Origin: Barthelona sp. PCE
Lineage: Eukaryota
Length of the DNA: 64,000 nt
NCBI GenBank assembly: GCA_040285745.1
Contig: JAUFOR010000008.1
Location: 1,302,001-1,366,000 of the forward strand
Direction: 5' to 3'
A program made the translations under genes and the position numbers. This document shows, piece by piece, positions 1 through 9,064 of the stretch. The notes under the pieces are model-generated. The model was not told the origin of the DNA. It was given only the letters and a program-made list of their open reading frames with translations, and made no database searches. Within the stretch, counting starts at the first letter, position 1, and every line of letters begins with the position of its first letter.

Positions 1-2247
1 GGCTTTCAAACAGCGGAAGAAGAAACCTTGATTTAGGCTATCCTTTCTTCCAGTACATAACTGATGAAAGGCTGAAGCGGTGAGTTTGGCGATTTCCATG
101 AGGTGTTGTGTTTCGCTAGAATCATCCATAAGCATGGCTTGAGACGAATCAACCGTCCACCTGACCATCCACGGTTCTCTTGATTCGAGGAAACGGTCGC
201 ACTCCGCTCCGGGTATGAACCTGATAATGGGGTACTGTCCGCTGACGTCAACGACGGGTTCAACGACGTTCTTGTAGAGCGCAAGTACAAGACACGAGTA
301 TATCTTGGCGGCCTTCATCCTTGAACCCTTGTTGTAACAATTCAGCGCTGAAAGATTCAGGTTACGTATCTTTTTTGCACGAGAGCCTCTCAAAACATCA
401 GGGAGGATACTTCTCCCAATACCTTTCTCGCCTGCACGTGTGTACTCGCATATCTCCTTCACAGCCTGAGCAACCAATGCAATATCGTCTCGAATGTCAA
501 CAGTGTCATAATGCGCAACCTTACAAGCAGCGCATGTTCCATTACATTGCTCAACAGAAAAATCGTCCTCGTTCATGAGTGCAAGAAGCTGTTTTCGATG
601 ACACTCCGTCGAGTTCAAGCACAAGTTGGCCATTCTCAGCAATTTAAACATGACCCTCATCTTATGATCCTTTGATTCCATCGTCTGTGACTCACTGGGG
701 CGCATAATAAGCCGCAGCGTATCAAAACAGTCTTGAGGCTGGAATAAAACTATAGACTCGGCAGGCTGTCGATCTCGGCCTGCACGACCACTCTCCTGCA
801 AAAAATGCTCAACACTCTTCGGAATATACGTATGTATAACACCGCGTACGTCTGCCTTGTCGACACCCATGCCGAAAGCGACTGTAGCAACGATAACATT
901 GATCTCATCGGTCTTCCACTGCTTCTCAACCATCTGGCGCATATCGGGCTCCAACCCTGCATGATAATACGCAACCTTATGTCCCTCTAGGCGTGCATAG
1001 ATATCCTCAGCAGTTGCTCTCTTCAGAACATAAACAATAACTGATTGGTTGCGGAAACGCGAGGAAAGCAAGCGGCGCAACATGGATACGAGGTCATCCT
1101 TTGAAGTACATTGGATGAATTTGTAAGATATGTTAGGTCGATTGAGTGATTGTTTAACAACAAACGGGTCTGCCATGTCCAAAATGCCAATGATCTCCGA
1201 AATGACGGCCTTGGAAGCTGTTGCTGTACATGCAGTGACTGGGACGTTGGGAAATCTCTCTCTGAGTGTGCTTAAGTTCTTGTACGCAACTCTAAAGTCA
1301 TGGCCCCATTGCGAAATACAGTGCGCCTCATCAACAACGAACCTTGCAACGCGCCCAGCTTTCACAGCCTCCTCAAGTGCGACCTGGAAGTCCTGAGACC
1401 GATCAAACATTTCAGGTGAACAGTACAGCAGATCGAGCTTCACTGATGGGTTTCGAAACATGCGTAGCACTTCCATGTGTCTTTGTGGGTCCGTCATCAT
1501 GGATACAAGCCGTTCTGCGCGAACGTTGTTCTCCTTCAGCGCCTCTATTTGGTCGTTCATGAGCGCAATAAGAGGGGAAAAGACAACCGTAACGTTGGTT
1601 TGGATGACTGCAGGGAGTTGGAACGTTAGCGACTTACCTGCTCCAGTTGGGAACAAAATAAACACGTCTAAGTTCCGCAAAACCGCCTGTATAACCTTCT
1701 CCTGGTCCGGTCGAAATGATACATTTCCGAAAACAGTCGTGTTTGTATATCGTATCTCATCTGTGAAAATATCATCAAATGCCTTGTGCTGTGATACGTT
1801 AACCAGGTTTTTTATGTTGATCTTTGGCCTGCGCGCCTCAATTGACTGCACTTCACCTATCAATTGAGTAACATGATCCTGAAAACTACGCAGCTTATAA
1901 CAAATGTCCTTAGTCAGGTGAAATGTCCTGTGATCAATATTCATGACATCGTCAGAGCTTAGTGTATGGAAGACTGATGACGATATTTGCTGTTGAAGTG
2001 GGATTAGCGCACATGATATGCTGTCCATACTATTCCTTAATTTCTCGTTAATATCGGGTCTTTTTGGTAGCTTCACGGGTGGAAAGTGTTCTACGCTACG
2101 TCCCCCAGTGTAAAAATCGTGCAGAGTGCGTTGTGTATGTGACTTCTGCACTTTTTGCCGCAACCCACCACTATCTGATCGTCGTACACGAGGGATGTCG
2201 CTAAAATCGTCTTCAGAGTCTAAAAATTCACCCAAATCAATCGACAT
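1..2247 (-). CDS. RecQ-family DNA helicase (BLM/Sgs1-like), 3' end outside window
   Basis: Not in the ORF track because there is no stop inside the window. Manual translation gives FRPDQ (motif 0), FPTGAGKSLTFQLPA (Walker A), VVDEAHCISQWGHDFR, ATVAFGMGVDKADVR, QESGRAGRD, the Zn-binding CHRKQLL..CNGTCAAC and the RQC-like LRGS. First in-frame ATG is at 2247; the frame stays open to 2364. Confidence 0.95.
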   Translation of the reverse strand, partial: MSIDLGEFLDSEDDFSDIPRVRRSDSGGLRQKVQKSHTQRTLHDFYTGGRSVEHFPPVKLPKRPDINEKLRNSMDSISCALIPLQQQISSSVFHTLSSDDVMNIDHRTFHLTKDICYKLRSFQDHVTQLIGEVQSIEARRPKINIKNLVNVSQHKAFDDIFTDEIRYTNTTVFGNVSFRPDQEKVIQAVLRNLDVFILFPTGAGKSLTFQLPAVIQTNVTVVFSPLIALMNDQIEALKENNVRAERLVSMMTDPQRHMEVLRMFRNPSVKLDLLYCSPEMFDRSQDFQVALEEAVKAGRVARFVVDEAHCISQWGHDFRVAYKNLSTLRERFPNVPVTACTATASKAVISEIIGILDMADPFVVKQSLNRPNISYKFIQCTSKDDLVSMLRRLLSSRFRNQSVIVYVLKRATAEDIYARLEGHKVAYYHAGLEPDMRQMVEKQWKTDEINVIVATVAFGMGVDKADVRGVIHTYIPKSVEHFLQESGRAGRDRQPAESIVLFQPQDCFDTLRLIMRPSESQTMESKDHKMRVMFKLLRMANLCLNSTECHRKQLLALMNEDDFSVEQCNGTCAACKVAHYDTVDIRDDIALVAQAVKEICEYTRAGEKGIGRSILPDVLRGSRAKKIRNLNLSALNCYNKGSRMKAAKIYSCLVLALYKNVVEPVVDVSGQYPIIRFIPGAECDRFLESREPWMVRWTVDSSQAMLMDDSSETQHLMEIAKLTASAFHQLCTGRKDSLNQGFFFRCLKA

Positions 2248-2785
2248 CTGCTTTTTCTCGCTTTTCTCAATTTGCCCGGTTCGGAAGTTCTCAATATCAA
2301 GACTTAAATCATCCAATGAGTCGGATTCGTCGTCAAAACAAGGCAGAGGCAGCGTAAAATAAAACTAAACTGCAGAAATGGTGGTAAAAAAACGAAATGC
2401 AGTCTGTAAATGAATTCTCAAAATACGCTTCCAACTACCATGCTCTATCTTGTATAGTTTCCTTCAAAAACCGTGTGTTTATCTTGTAAAAAACACATTA
2501 GAAACTGCCTGACTTTAAAATCAAAATACCTATCTTTGTTTAAACCCTTCAAAAAGTGCTATTAGCCGGGATTTTTAAGGCCAATGCACCTGAATGGATG
2601 AAGACCGAAGTAAAATTTCAAAATAAACAAAAGATTGCATTCCAACATTGGTGCAACTTCTGAAATCCTTTCAGAATCTCAGAGTGAAAATGCTGGTCGT
2701 CTTTCAATGTTTCTGAAACTGTTATTCTCTTGCGATTTCCAACAATTTCCAGCATCCAAAAAAAACCTTTACATAAACATTTTAC

Positions 2786-3856
2786 TTAACTTGCTGTCCA
2801 ATAAGAGGAGAAGCAACACATATTGTCCTTACTTTCCCCTGCTGGCATATCCATTGCCCTTCTTCCCCGATCATACAGATGAACATTCATTGATCCAGCG
2901 TCCCCAAATATATAACCACCATGAATACCTCCCAAAACACGGCACCAGTCCAATGTGATGAAATAACGTTCTATATTCATCCTATGCAAAGATCTCTCCT
3001 CTATACTGAAATCTAAAACAGGATCTTGAGCAAAATGACCCATTGGGCTAAACAAACGCGTCTGGTCCTGCCTGTGGACTGGTGGAAACCAGCGAGGGCG
3101 ACCATGGGGAATGACAGGTAATAAATCTTCGTTAATGAACTTCATCTCTTTGACAAATTTGTTAATTTCCCGTAGCAAATTATGCAAATGCTTTACCTCC
3201 TGGTAGGGTGGACTACGTTTTCCCTTTCCTAGTACATCGTATCCGAAATCATACAAAATACTTGTCTCATCAATTGATGCAAATTGATCGTGTATCACCC
3301 ATTCCTTAACGATCTTACAATCTATTTTCCTGTGTTTGCCAACGTGGCCCATCGCAGGATAATTATAATCTATGGGATTCTCAAGGTCGCTTTCGGACAT
3401 CCATCGCATGCGAAGATAACCATCGTCCCATTGCAGATCATATGCCTCTGGAAGGAACATCTGCACCATTGCCAGATCATCTGGAAACTCCATAAAACCG
3501 GGGGGAAGTGTCTTAACCATAATTTGACCAATAAATACCATTGCTCTCCTTTCCCCCTCATGACTGTAGGTGGGATACGTAGGATATGCCTCGCACATAA
3601 ATGGGCGTTCACCACCGAACTTTGATACAAGGGCCTTTGGATCATCCTCAACCATTTCCATTGGCACATTTCCTCTTCTAAGAGGGTATGGTGAGATTGG
3701 ATCCGTTATTATTCCTACAACCTGGTGGCGTGTCTGCAATAAAATGTCTACAACATGCTGAATGAACTCATTCTCTACTCCGAACATAGCATATATGCTT
3801 TCCCTAACGATTTCGTCACTGGGCATCTCAAGCCTTCTTATTGTTGGAACTTCCAT
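2786..3856 (-). CDS. YwqG/DUF1963-like protein
   Basis: SKFGGERPF, MVFIGQI..LP, MVQMF and C-terminal FGDAG match the DUF1963 motif series. ATG at 3856 chosen over the TTG at 3877. Confidence 0.65.
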   Translation of the reverse strand: MEVPTIRRLEMPSDEIVRESIYAMFGVENEFIQHVVDILLQTRHQVVGIITDPISPYPLRRGNVPMEMVEDDPKALVSKFGGERPFMCEAYPTYPTYSHEGERRAMVFIGQIMVKTLPPGFMEFPDDLAMVQMFLPEAYDLQWDDGYLRMRWMSESDLENPIDYNYPAMGHVGKHRKIDCKIVKEWVIHDQFASIDETSILYDFGYDVLGKGKRSPPYQEVKHLHNLLREINKFVKEMKFINEDLLPVIPHGRPRWFPPVHRQDQTRLFSPMGHFAQDPVLDFSIEERSLHRMNIERYFITLDWCRVLGGIHGGYIFGDAGSMNVHLYDRGRRAMDMPAGESKDNMCCFSSYWTAS

Positions 3857-4439
3857 CCTTGTAAAGAAAGCAATCAAGCAAAAAACGAGTTTCTTCTTTA
3901 TGCTATCTTTTCAAAACTCAGAAAAATTGTTTAGTTTACTTTATTTTCCTGTTTTGCATTTATTTAAAGGGCAATTCGTGATATAGACAAAGATAAACAA
4001 AGCATTTATCTTGCTTTACCATTCCTTAATTGGGCAATTTAAATACCATATATTTGTGCAAATTAGAATTTGAGCTCATAATTCTGGGAAAATATAGTGC
4101 AATTAATGCAGATAAGTTTTTTAACATTTTTGATTGTTGCTGTTAATAAGATGTGACAACATAACCAACGATTGTTAAAGCTTTAGCACCAGTGATGATT
4201 ATTTTTCCCAATTTTTGATGCCAGCCCAACAGTAATGCTTTTAATACTGAATTTCTTGCTGCAGTACGTAGCATGGACTGCAAAACTTTTTTTCAGGAAC
4301 GTACCCTAAAGATTTTCTGTTGTTAAATGCCGAATTACAGTTCAAAAATATATCATTTTGCTGTCAATTCAATTGGTGGATTTTTTTTTTCTTCAAGTTA
4401 ACAATTTAATACTTTATGCTTTTACAAAGTTAAGGTGGT

Positions 4440-4622
4440 TTAGCTCTTCCCAGTGTTGGATCCTTTCGAAGAAGATGTTGTTGCAGTACTTGATGTAGAA
4501 GTGTTTCTTGCTGCTGCACGTTGGGCGCGAGATGCAAAGCTTCCTGATTTAACAGATCCTGTTGATCTTGCTGTTGATGATTGGATGCGGCTAGCTGCCC
4601 CTTGTGACATTTTTTTACCCAT
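4440..4622 (-). CDS. Small 60-aa hydrophilic SMP/LEA-like peptide
   Basis: MSQGAASRIQSSTAR..GSVKSGSFASRAQRAAARN matches the conserved AASRIQS...GSFAxRAQxAAxxN small-protein motif. GC-richer island in AT-rich flanks; ATG to TAA. Confidence 0.8.
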   Translation of the reverse strand: MGKKMSQGAASRIQSSTARSTGSVKSGSFASRAQRAAARNTSTSSTATTSSSKGSNTGKS

Positions 4623-5251
4623 CTTGATATCTTGAAGTAAGTAAGTTGAAAAATTTTAAGCAACATTTTCTATTTTTTGTTAAATTCAAGTTGTTTGATT
4701 GAGTGTTTTACTCGCAAACTGGCACGGAATACAGCTCTAAATTTTGCATGCTAACTCTTTAATAATTGGGTCAATAACATAATTGGTTCAACCATTATTT
4801 GTAATATTCAATCAATTGAAGATGTTCATTGATGTAGTTGACTGTAAGCAGCTTATAAGGTTGAATTAAGAATAAATTTCATTCTTCTTATTTCAACCAT
4901 ACATCTGTGTATGATAAATGTTTTCAATGAATGATGCTGGGACAGAAGGGGATATATGTATCTAGAACTTTGTTGGTCCTGATCAGGATGATCCTGTAAT
5001 TGATTTTGAACAGAGAATGGAATAGAACGTATGCGGGTGTATTTCAATTTCTCACCATTTTAAAGTTTCCTATTTATTTTATTGTATTATTTAGTAATTG
5101 AAATACTACTATTTTTCAGATGTATGGACTTCCAAACTCTGAAGAAGGTAGCCCGTATGCGGCACCATATCCGAACTTAGATCTCTGTAAAGAATCTGAT
5201 TACTTTCCTTTATTACCCGTTAACATGGATGAGACTCTGGAAGAAAATCAT

Positions 5252-5400
5252 CATGTGTAGTAGGTGTCCGTAGGACCCGATACGGTTTTTCTTACCCTTT
5301 TCAAAAAAAAAGGTTTTAGGCCACTTCCAGGACGAAACACCCTCTACACGTGAAGGCGAGCCTTCCCACGTGAGCGTTCCCCGACGTCAATAAACCTACT
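5252..5400. other. GC-rich self-complementary non-coding island (candidate ncRNA or miniature element)
   Basis: CATGTGTAG(5252-60)/CTACACGTG(5344-52), GGTGT/ACACC, hairpin CACGTG-AAGG-CGAG-CCTT-CC-CACGTG (5347-72), terminal inverted repeat AGTAGGT(5259-65)/ACCTACT(5394-5400), A9 run at 5303-5311. Confidence 0.35.
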
Positions 5401-6056
5401 TCAGTATAAGCACATATTTGCTTATCGATGCCATCTAAGCACCTTGCACAACACATGCACTAAGTAAATTTGCTACAAAATCCACTCCAAAGCCAACTTT
5501 TCAAAAACAAAAATTTGCAATTGCAATCGAACCGTATAATCAGTTTACCACATGATCGACAAGAATCGCATAACAACACATGCAATTTATCTAGATTTAT
5601 TGATATACAGCTCATACGTACAGCAGGAGGCCCACTCTGGGATACATATTCCAACACTGTAAGTACATTCACTTGTAAACATCTTTTTATTTACTATTAT
5701 TAGTAAAGATTGGACAACTCGCTAATCGCGAGTTTCTTTCACCGGAATATTTATATCTGTTATTGCAAAGCCTAAAAATAACACCTATTTTCATGTGTAT
5801 TGTAGAATAGTGCTTCATATGCCATGCTGTTGCTATTTTATGTGGGTTTTAGATAACTAAATGGTTCTAACTTGATGTGAATTCTATTTGGTTAATTGGT
5901 TCATAATTTCCATTCAGTTCAACAGCTTTTTAAGGTGCATTCCAGGTGAAAAAACATCTTTTCGGTCTCAAAGGAGCATTTATTCAGTGAAATTAATGTT
6001 GAAGAACCAAATATTATGTAACTGTTTTAATCACCCTTTTCCGCTGATTACATACA

Positions 6057-7751
6057 ATGGGTATTCCCAGATTCTTACCTTACCTCATAGAGACTTTTCC
6101 CGCCTGTATCATTAGCAGACGTGAACAAAAACTTAAATTCGACTTCTTGCTGCTTGACTGCGATTCTTTTCCAAATCGTGCACGCAATTGCATGAGAACC
6201 CTGGAAAGTACTGAGAATCATATGTTCAAAATGATGCTAGGTTCAATAACTGAACACAACATCCTTACGGGAACATTTTTCCTTCTCGACGGCACTCGGT
6301 CATCACTAAACGATGCCAAAATAATGTCTCGGCGCTTCCGCCGCAACCTTGACAGGATGTATTGTTTCATGCACCAGATAAACAATGATGATTACAGCGA
6401 CAGCCTTGATCTCGGGCACTTAATCTCTTCAACAGGAGTTTATACAACATCTTTCAATGCGGCGTTCAACCGAGCAATCAACCTCGTACTGCAGATTATC
6501 CTGTCATGGGGAAAGATCGGCGCTATCGCCAATGGAGCATTGGGGATAGAGCACAAAATGGAAAAAATCATTACGTACTGTCGTAATGCTAAACCTGACT
6601 CTAAAATTCTAATTACCACACCAGATACTGATGCGGTGGTGCTTATGCTTGGTCTCAACGTTAAAAACACTTATGTAAGCGTTGTCCAAAAACACCGGCG
6701 TGCAATAATTGATATTGATCACCTCAGAGAAGAAATGAACCGTGCATACTTCAACTGGCGCAACATTATTATTGTCAACAGTCTTGTAACGAGAAACTAC
6801 TGTTTTGCTATCATGGATCAGTTGCAATGGCGTGATGCAATGAAGTATATAGGCGAAAACAAGCTCAGTCTGATGGATAACGACGGTGAACTTGACCATG
6901 CTGCTTTGAAGTGCGTTCTTGCCGAATTTGTAGTAGTTGATACCGACGAAAGTACTAATGAGGTGGTTTCGATCGCAGAGGAGGACCTTGCCTTCGCTAC
7001 TCAGTACTGGAAGGACTTCTGTGTCACTGTTGGATCATTCGTGTACGGTGCACCTGAAACGTTGCAACAGCCAACTATAATTGAGAAACTCACACCTCTT
7101 CAGCGCAAGCTGGTCATTGAGCAGCTTGATATGGCTGATCTAACACTTCAACAACCGCTATTCAGTGATATTGAGATCGAAATTAAAAATGCAAAACAGT
7201 ACACACTTGCTTCGCGCCTCCTTCTCTTTCCGTTTAATGTATGGCAATATATGCTTCCCGAGCATGTATATCTTGCAGTAGTTGATGCTCTTGAAGCCAA
7301 CGACCTCATACAAGTCCTCACAAGTCGTATGCCAACATACGAGCAAGTTGCTGCATTCATTGACGAACGCAACAAAGTTCTTGACTACAATGCAACTCTT
7401 GAAAGAAAAGAAGATCAAATTAGGTATGATTACCCGGAATATGACTGGTTCTTTTCAGATGAAGAGGATGAAAGTGAGCTCATCAATGTTCTTGATCCAA
7501 TTCTAAAGGCTCATGATTGCTTCGGGCCTTATATCTTCGATGCCTCTAATATGAAGACTAACACGGTCGACAATCCATTCTTGCAAGTGTTTATAGCAGC
7601 TGATTCAGAAAAAATGGATTTAATCAAGCATAATTCCGAAACATATCCCAGTATGATTCAAACGAAGCATTCCTCGTTCTGGAACAGGTGTGAGGAGATA
7701 TACTACCACCGTTATTCTCATAGCTTTGCTTCTGCTGACGAAATTTTCTGA
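6057..7751 (+). CDS. Divergent XRN-family 5'-3' exoribonuclease-like protein
   Basis: N-terminal MGIPRF, FDFLLLD, LDG...AK..SRxRR, EHK and DTD reproduce the XRN_N motif order; several motifs are degenerate. Confidence 0.8.
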   Translation: MGIPRFLPYLIETFPACIISRREQKLKFDFLLLDCDSFPNRARNCMRTLESTENHMFKMMLGSITEHNILTGTFFLLDGTRSSLNDAKIMSRRFRRNLDRMYCFMHQINNDDYSDSLDLGHLISSTGVYTTSFNAAFNRAINLVLQIILSWGKIGAIANGALGIEHKMEKIITYCRNAKPDSKILITTPDTDAVVLMLGLNVKNTYVSVVQKHRRAIIDIDHLREEMNRAYFNWRNIIIVNSLVTRNYCFAIMDQLQWRDAMKYIGENKLSLMDNDGELDHAALKCVLAEFVVVDTDESTNEVVSIAEEDLAFATQYWKDFCVTVGSFVYGAPETLQQPTIIEKLTPLQRKLVIEQLDMADLTLQQPLFSDIEIEIKNAKQYTLASRLLLFPFNVWQYMLPEHVYLAVVDALEANDLIQVLTSRMPTYEQVAAFIDERNKVLDYNATLERKEDQIRYDYPEYDWFFSDEEDESELINVLDPILKAHDCFGPYIFDASNMKTNTVDNPFLQVFIAADSEKMDLIKHNSETYPSMIQTKHSSFWNRCEEIYYHRYSHSFASADEIF

Positions 7752-7906
7752 GCAAAAGAATAAAAATTCTCCCCATCATTTGTTTTCAATAACTATATAT
7801 ATATATAGGGTGTAATTAGCCCCAAAAACAGCCCCATTTGTGACCAAATATGAAAAGTAGATGAAGAAGTACGGAAAATAAAAGCAACAAAAATATCATG
7901 CTATGC

Positions 7907-8081
7907 TGGAGGATGATGATTCGACCAGACTGCTATAAATACAGCAGAGCCAAAACTCACTTAGCGTGACTTCACAAGGGCTGAGTTCTCTCGGATACAT
8001 GCATGTTTACTGACAGATATCTAGTTGGATGGCGTGAATAAGTTCCTAAGCTCGAGGTCGGGTAATTGAGTTCCCACCCCA
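7907..8081. ncRNA. Candidate structured RNA with pseudoknot-compatible pairings
   Basis: TGGAGGATG/CACCCCA ends, TCGACC(7921-26)/GGTCGG(8056-61), AACTCA(7954-59)/TGAGTT(8067-72 or 7982-87), hairpin CTGCT..AGCAG(7930-47). GC-richer than flanks; no ORF. Confidence 0.3.
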
Positions 8082-8346
8082 TAAAAAATAGTAAAAAAGA
8101 GAAATCAGGAATGTACGATAAAGGACGTAATTCGGACAGCACATTCATGAGTCACAGATTCACTCTGCCATGAGTTCCGTCAACCACATGCTTCCATCAT
8201 TCAACATCATTCAACAATGAGACATAGACTAAATAGACCAAAAAAAAGGGAAATTATGAAAGAAAATATAGCCTATGCACGAAAACATACATAGACCAAA
8301 AAATAATTCATCACATTATTTTTCACCAGTAATAACTTTTGCTGGC

Positions 8347-8352
8347 AAAAAA
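8347..8352 (-). terminator. RNA polymerase III oligo-T terminator
   Basis: T6 immediately 3' of the tRNA discriminator base on the minus strand. Confidence 0.8.
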
Positions 8353-8433
8353 CGCATGTACTAGGATTTGAACCTAGGAGCCCGGGGGCACACGCTTTCG
8401 AGGCGCACCGAATAACCGCTATCGCATACATGC
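8353..8433 (-). tRNA. tRNA-Ser(CGA)
   Basis: Acceptor GCATGTA/TACATGC, discriminator G, anticodon arm TGCGC-CTCGAAA-GCGTG, long variable arm GCCC-CC-GGGC, T arm CTAGG-TTCAAAT-CCTAG. No encoded CCA and no intron. Confidence 0.95.
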
Positions 8434-9064
8434 TATTCAGAAATATTCCATAATATTAAATAAGATGACGTTTAAAATAGCCAAATTCTGAGTTTTGGAC
8501 TTTGACATTCAAAACATTCTAATATGTTCTTCTATAGCAGCGCAGCCGGAGAAAAATTGAATAAAAAGTGTAAATTATTAGTAAAAAATATCTCCTCAAT
8601 ATTACACTTTATACACTTTTAAATCATAAAATAAATCATAAAATATCACAATATAGTCACTATAAATGTTTAATAGTAATATAAAGAGTAATACTTGGAT
8701 AAAAAATTGTTAACTTCTCCAAAGCACAATTATTTGCATACAAAAGTGTATTGAAGATGTGAATAAGTTGTATAAATTATCATAAGCACCGAAAGTTTGA
8801 ATAAATGTTATTCTAAGAAAACCTGCTTGTGCATTAGTTCTATTTTTCCATTTTTTTTGCTTATTTTTTCCTCTTTTTTAGTTTCAACACAACTAACATC
8901 TCATTATTAGTGACCAAAAAGGATATTAATTGGAGTTATAAGTATTGTTTTATTTTCCCAAAATTGAACATAGTTTGCAACCGAAAAATATCTTTTGCAC
9001 ATTTGATTTGGCTGAAAAATTCAGTATAATGAAGTGGAAACATATTTTCTTCCCTTTTCTGAGT

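Noticed and set aside
4918-5263. Genome-wide TAG-to-Gln reassignment as in hexamitid diplomonads
   Set aside because: ORFs of 1,100-1,500 aa contain no in-frame TAG, and four recognisable genes end at TAG.
5266-5340. Hammerhead ribozyme (GTCCGTAGGAC hairpin and GGACGAAAC)
   Set aside because: No CUGAnGA core on either strand in the required position.
7794-7807. (TA)7 run
   Set aside because: Simple microsatellite in an AT-rich intergenic region with no further support.
7921-8026. Group I intron R/S elements (CAGACTG, AGATATCTAGTT)
   Set aside because: Weak P7 pairing, no P4-P6 domain and no host exon.
8103-8218. Box C/D or U3 snoRNA on the minus strand (ATGATG ... AGAGTGA ... CTGA) and a 10-nt tandem duplication CATCATTCAA
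   Set aside because: Imperfect boxes, no box A or identifiable rRNA antisense element; short motifs expected by chance.
8353-8433. Selenocysteine tRNA, because of the long variable arm and G discriminator
   Set aside because: The anticodon is CGA and the fold is the standard 7/5, so it is tRNA-Ser.
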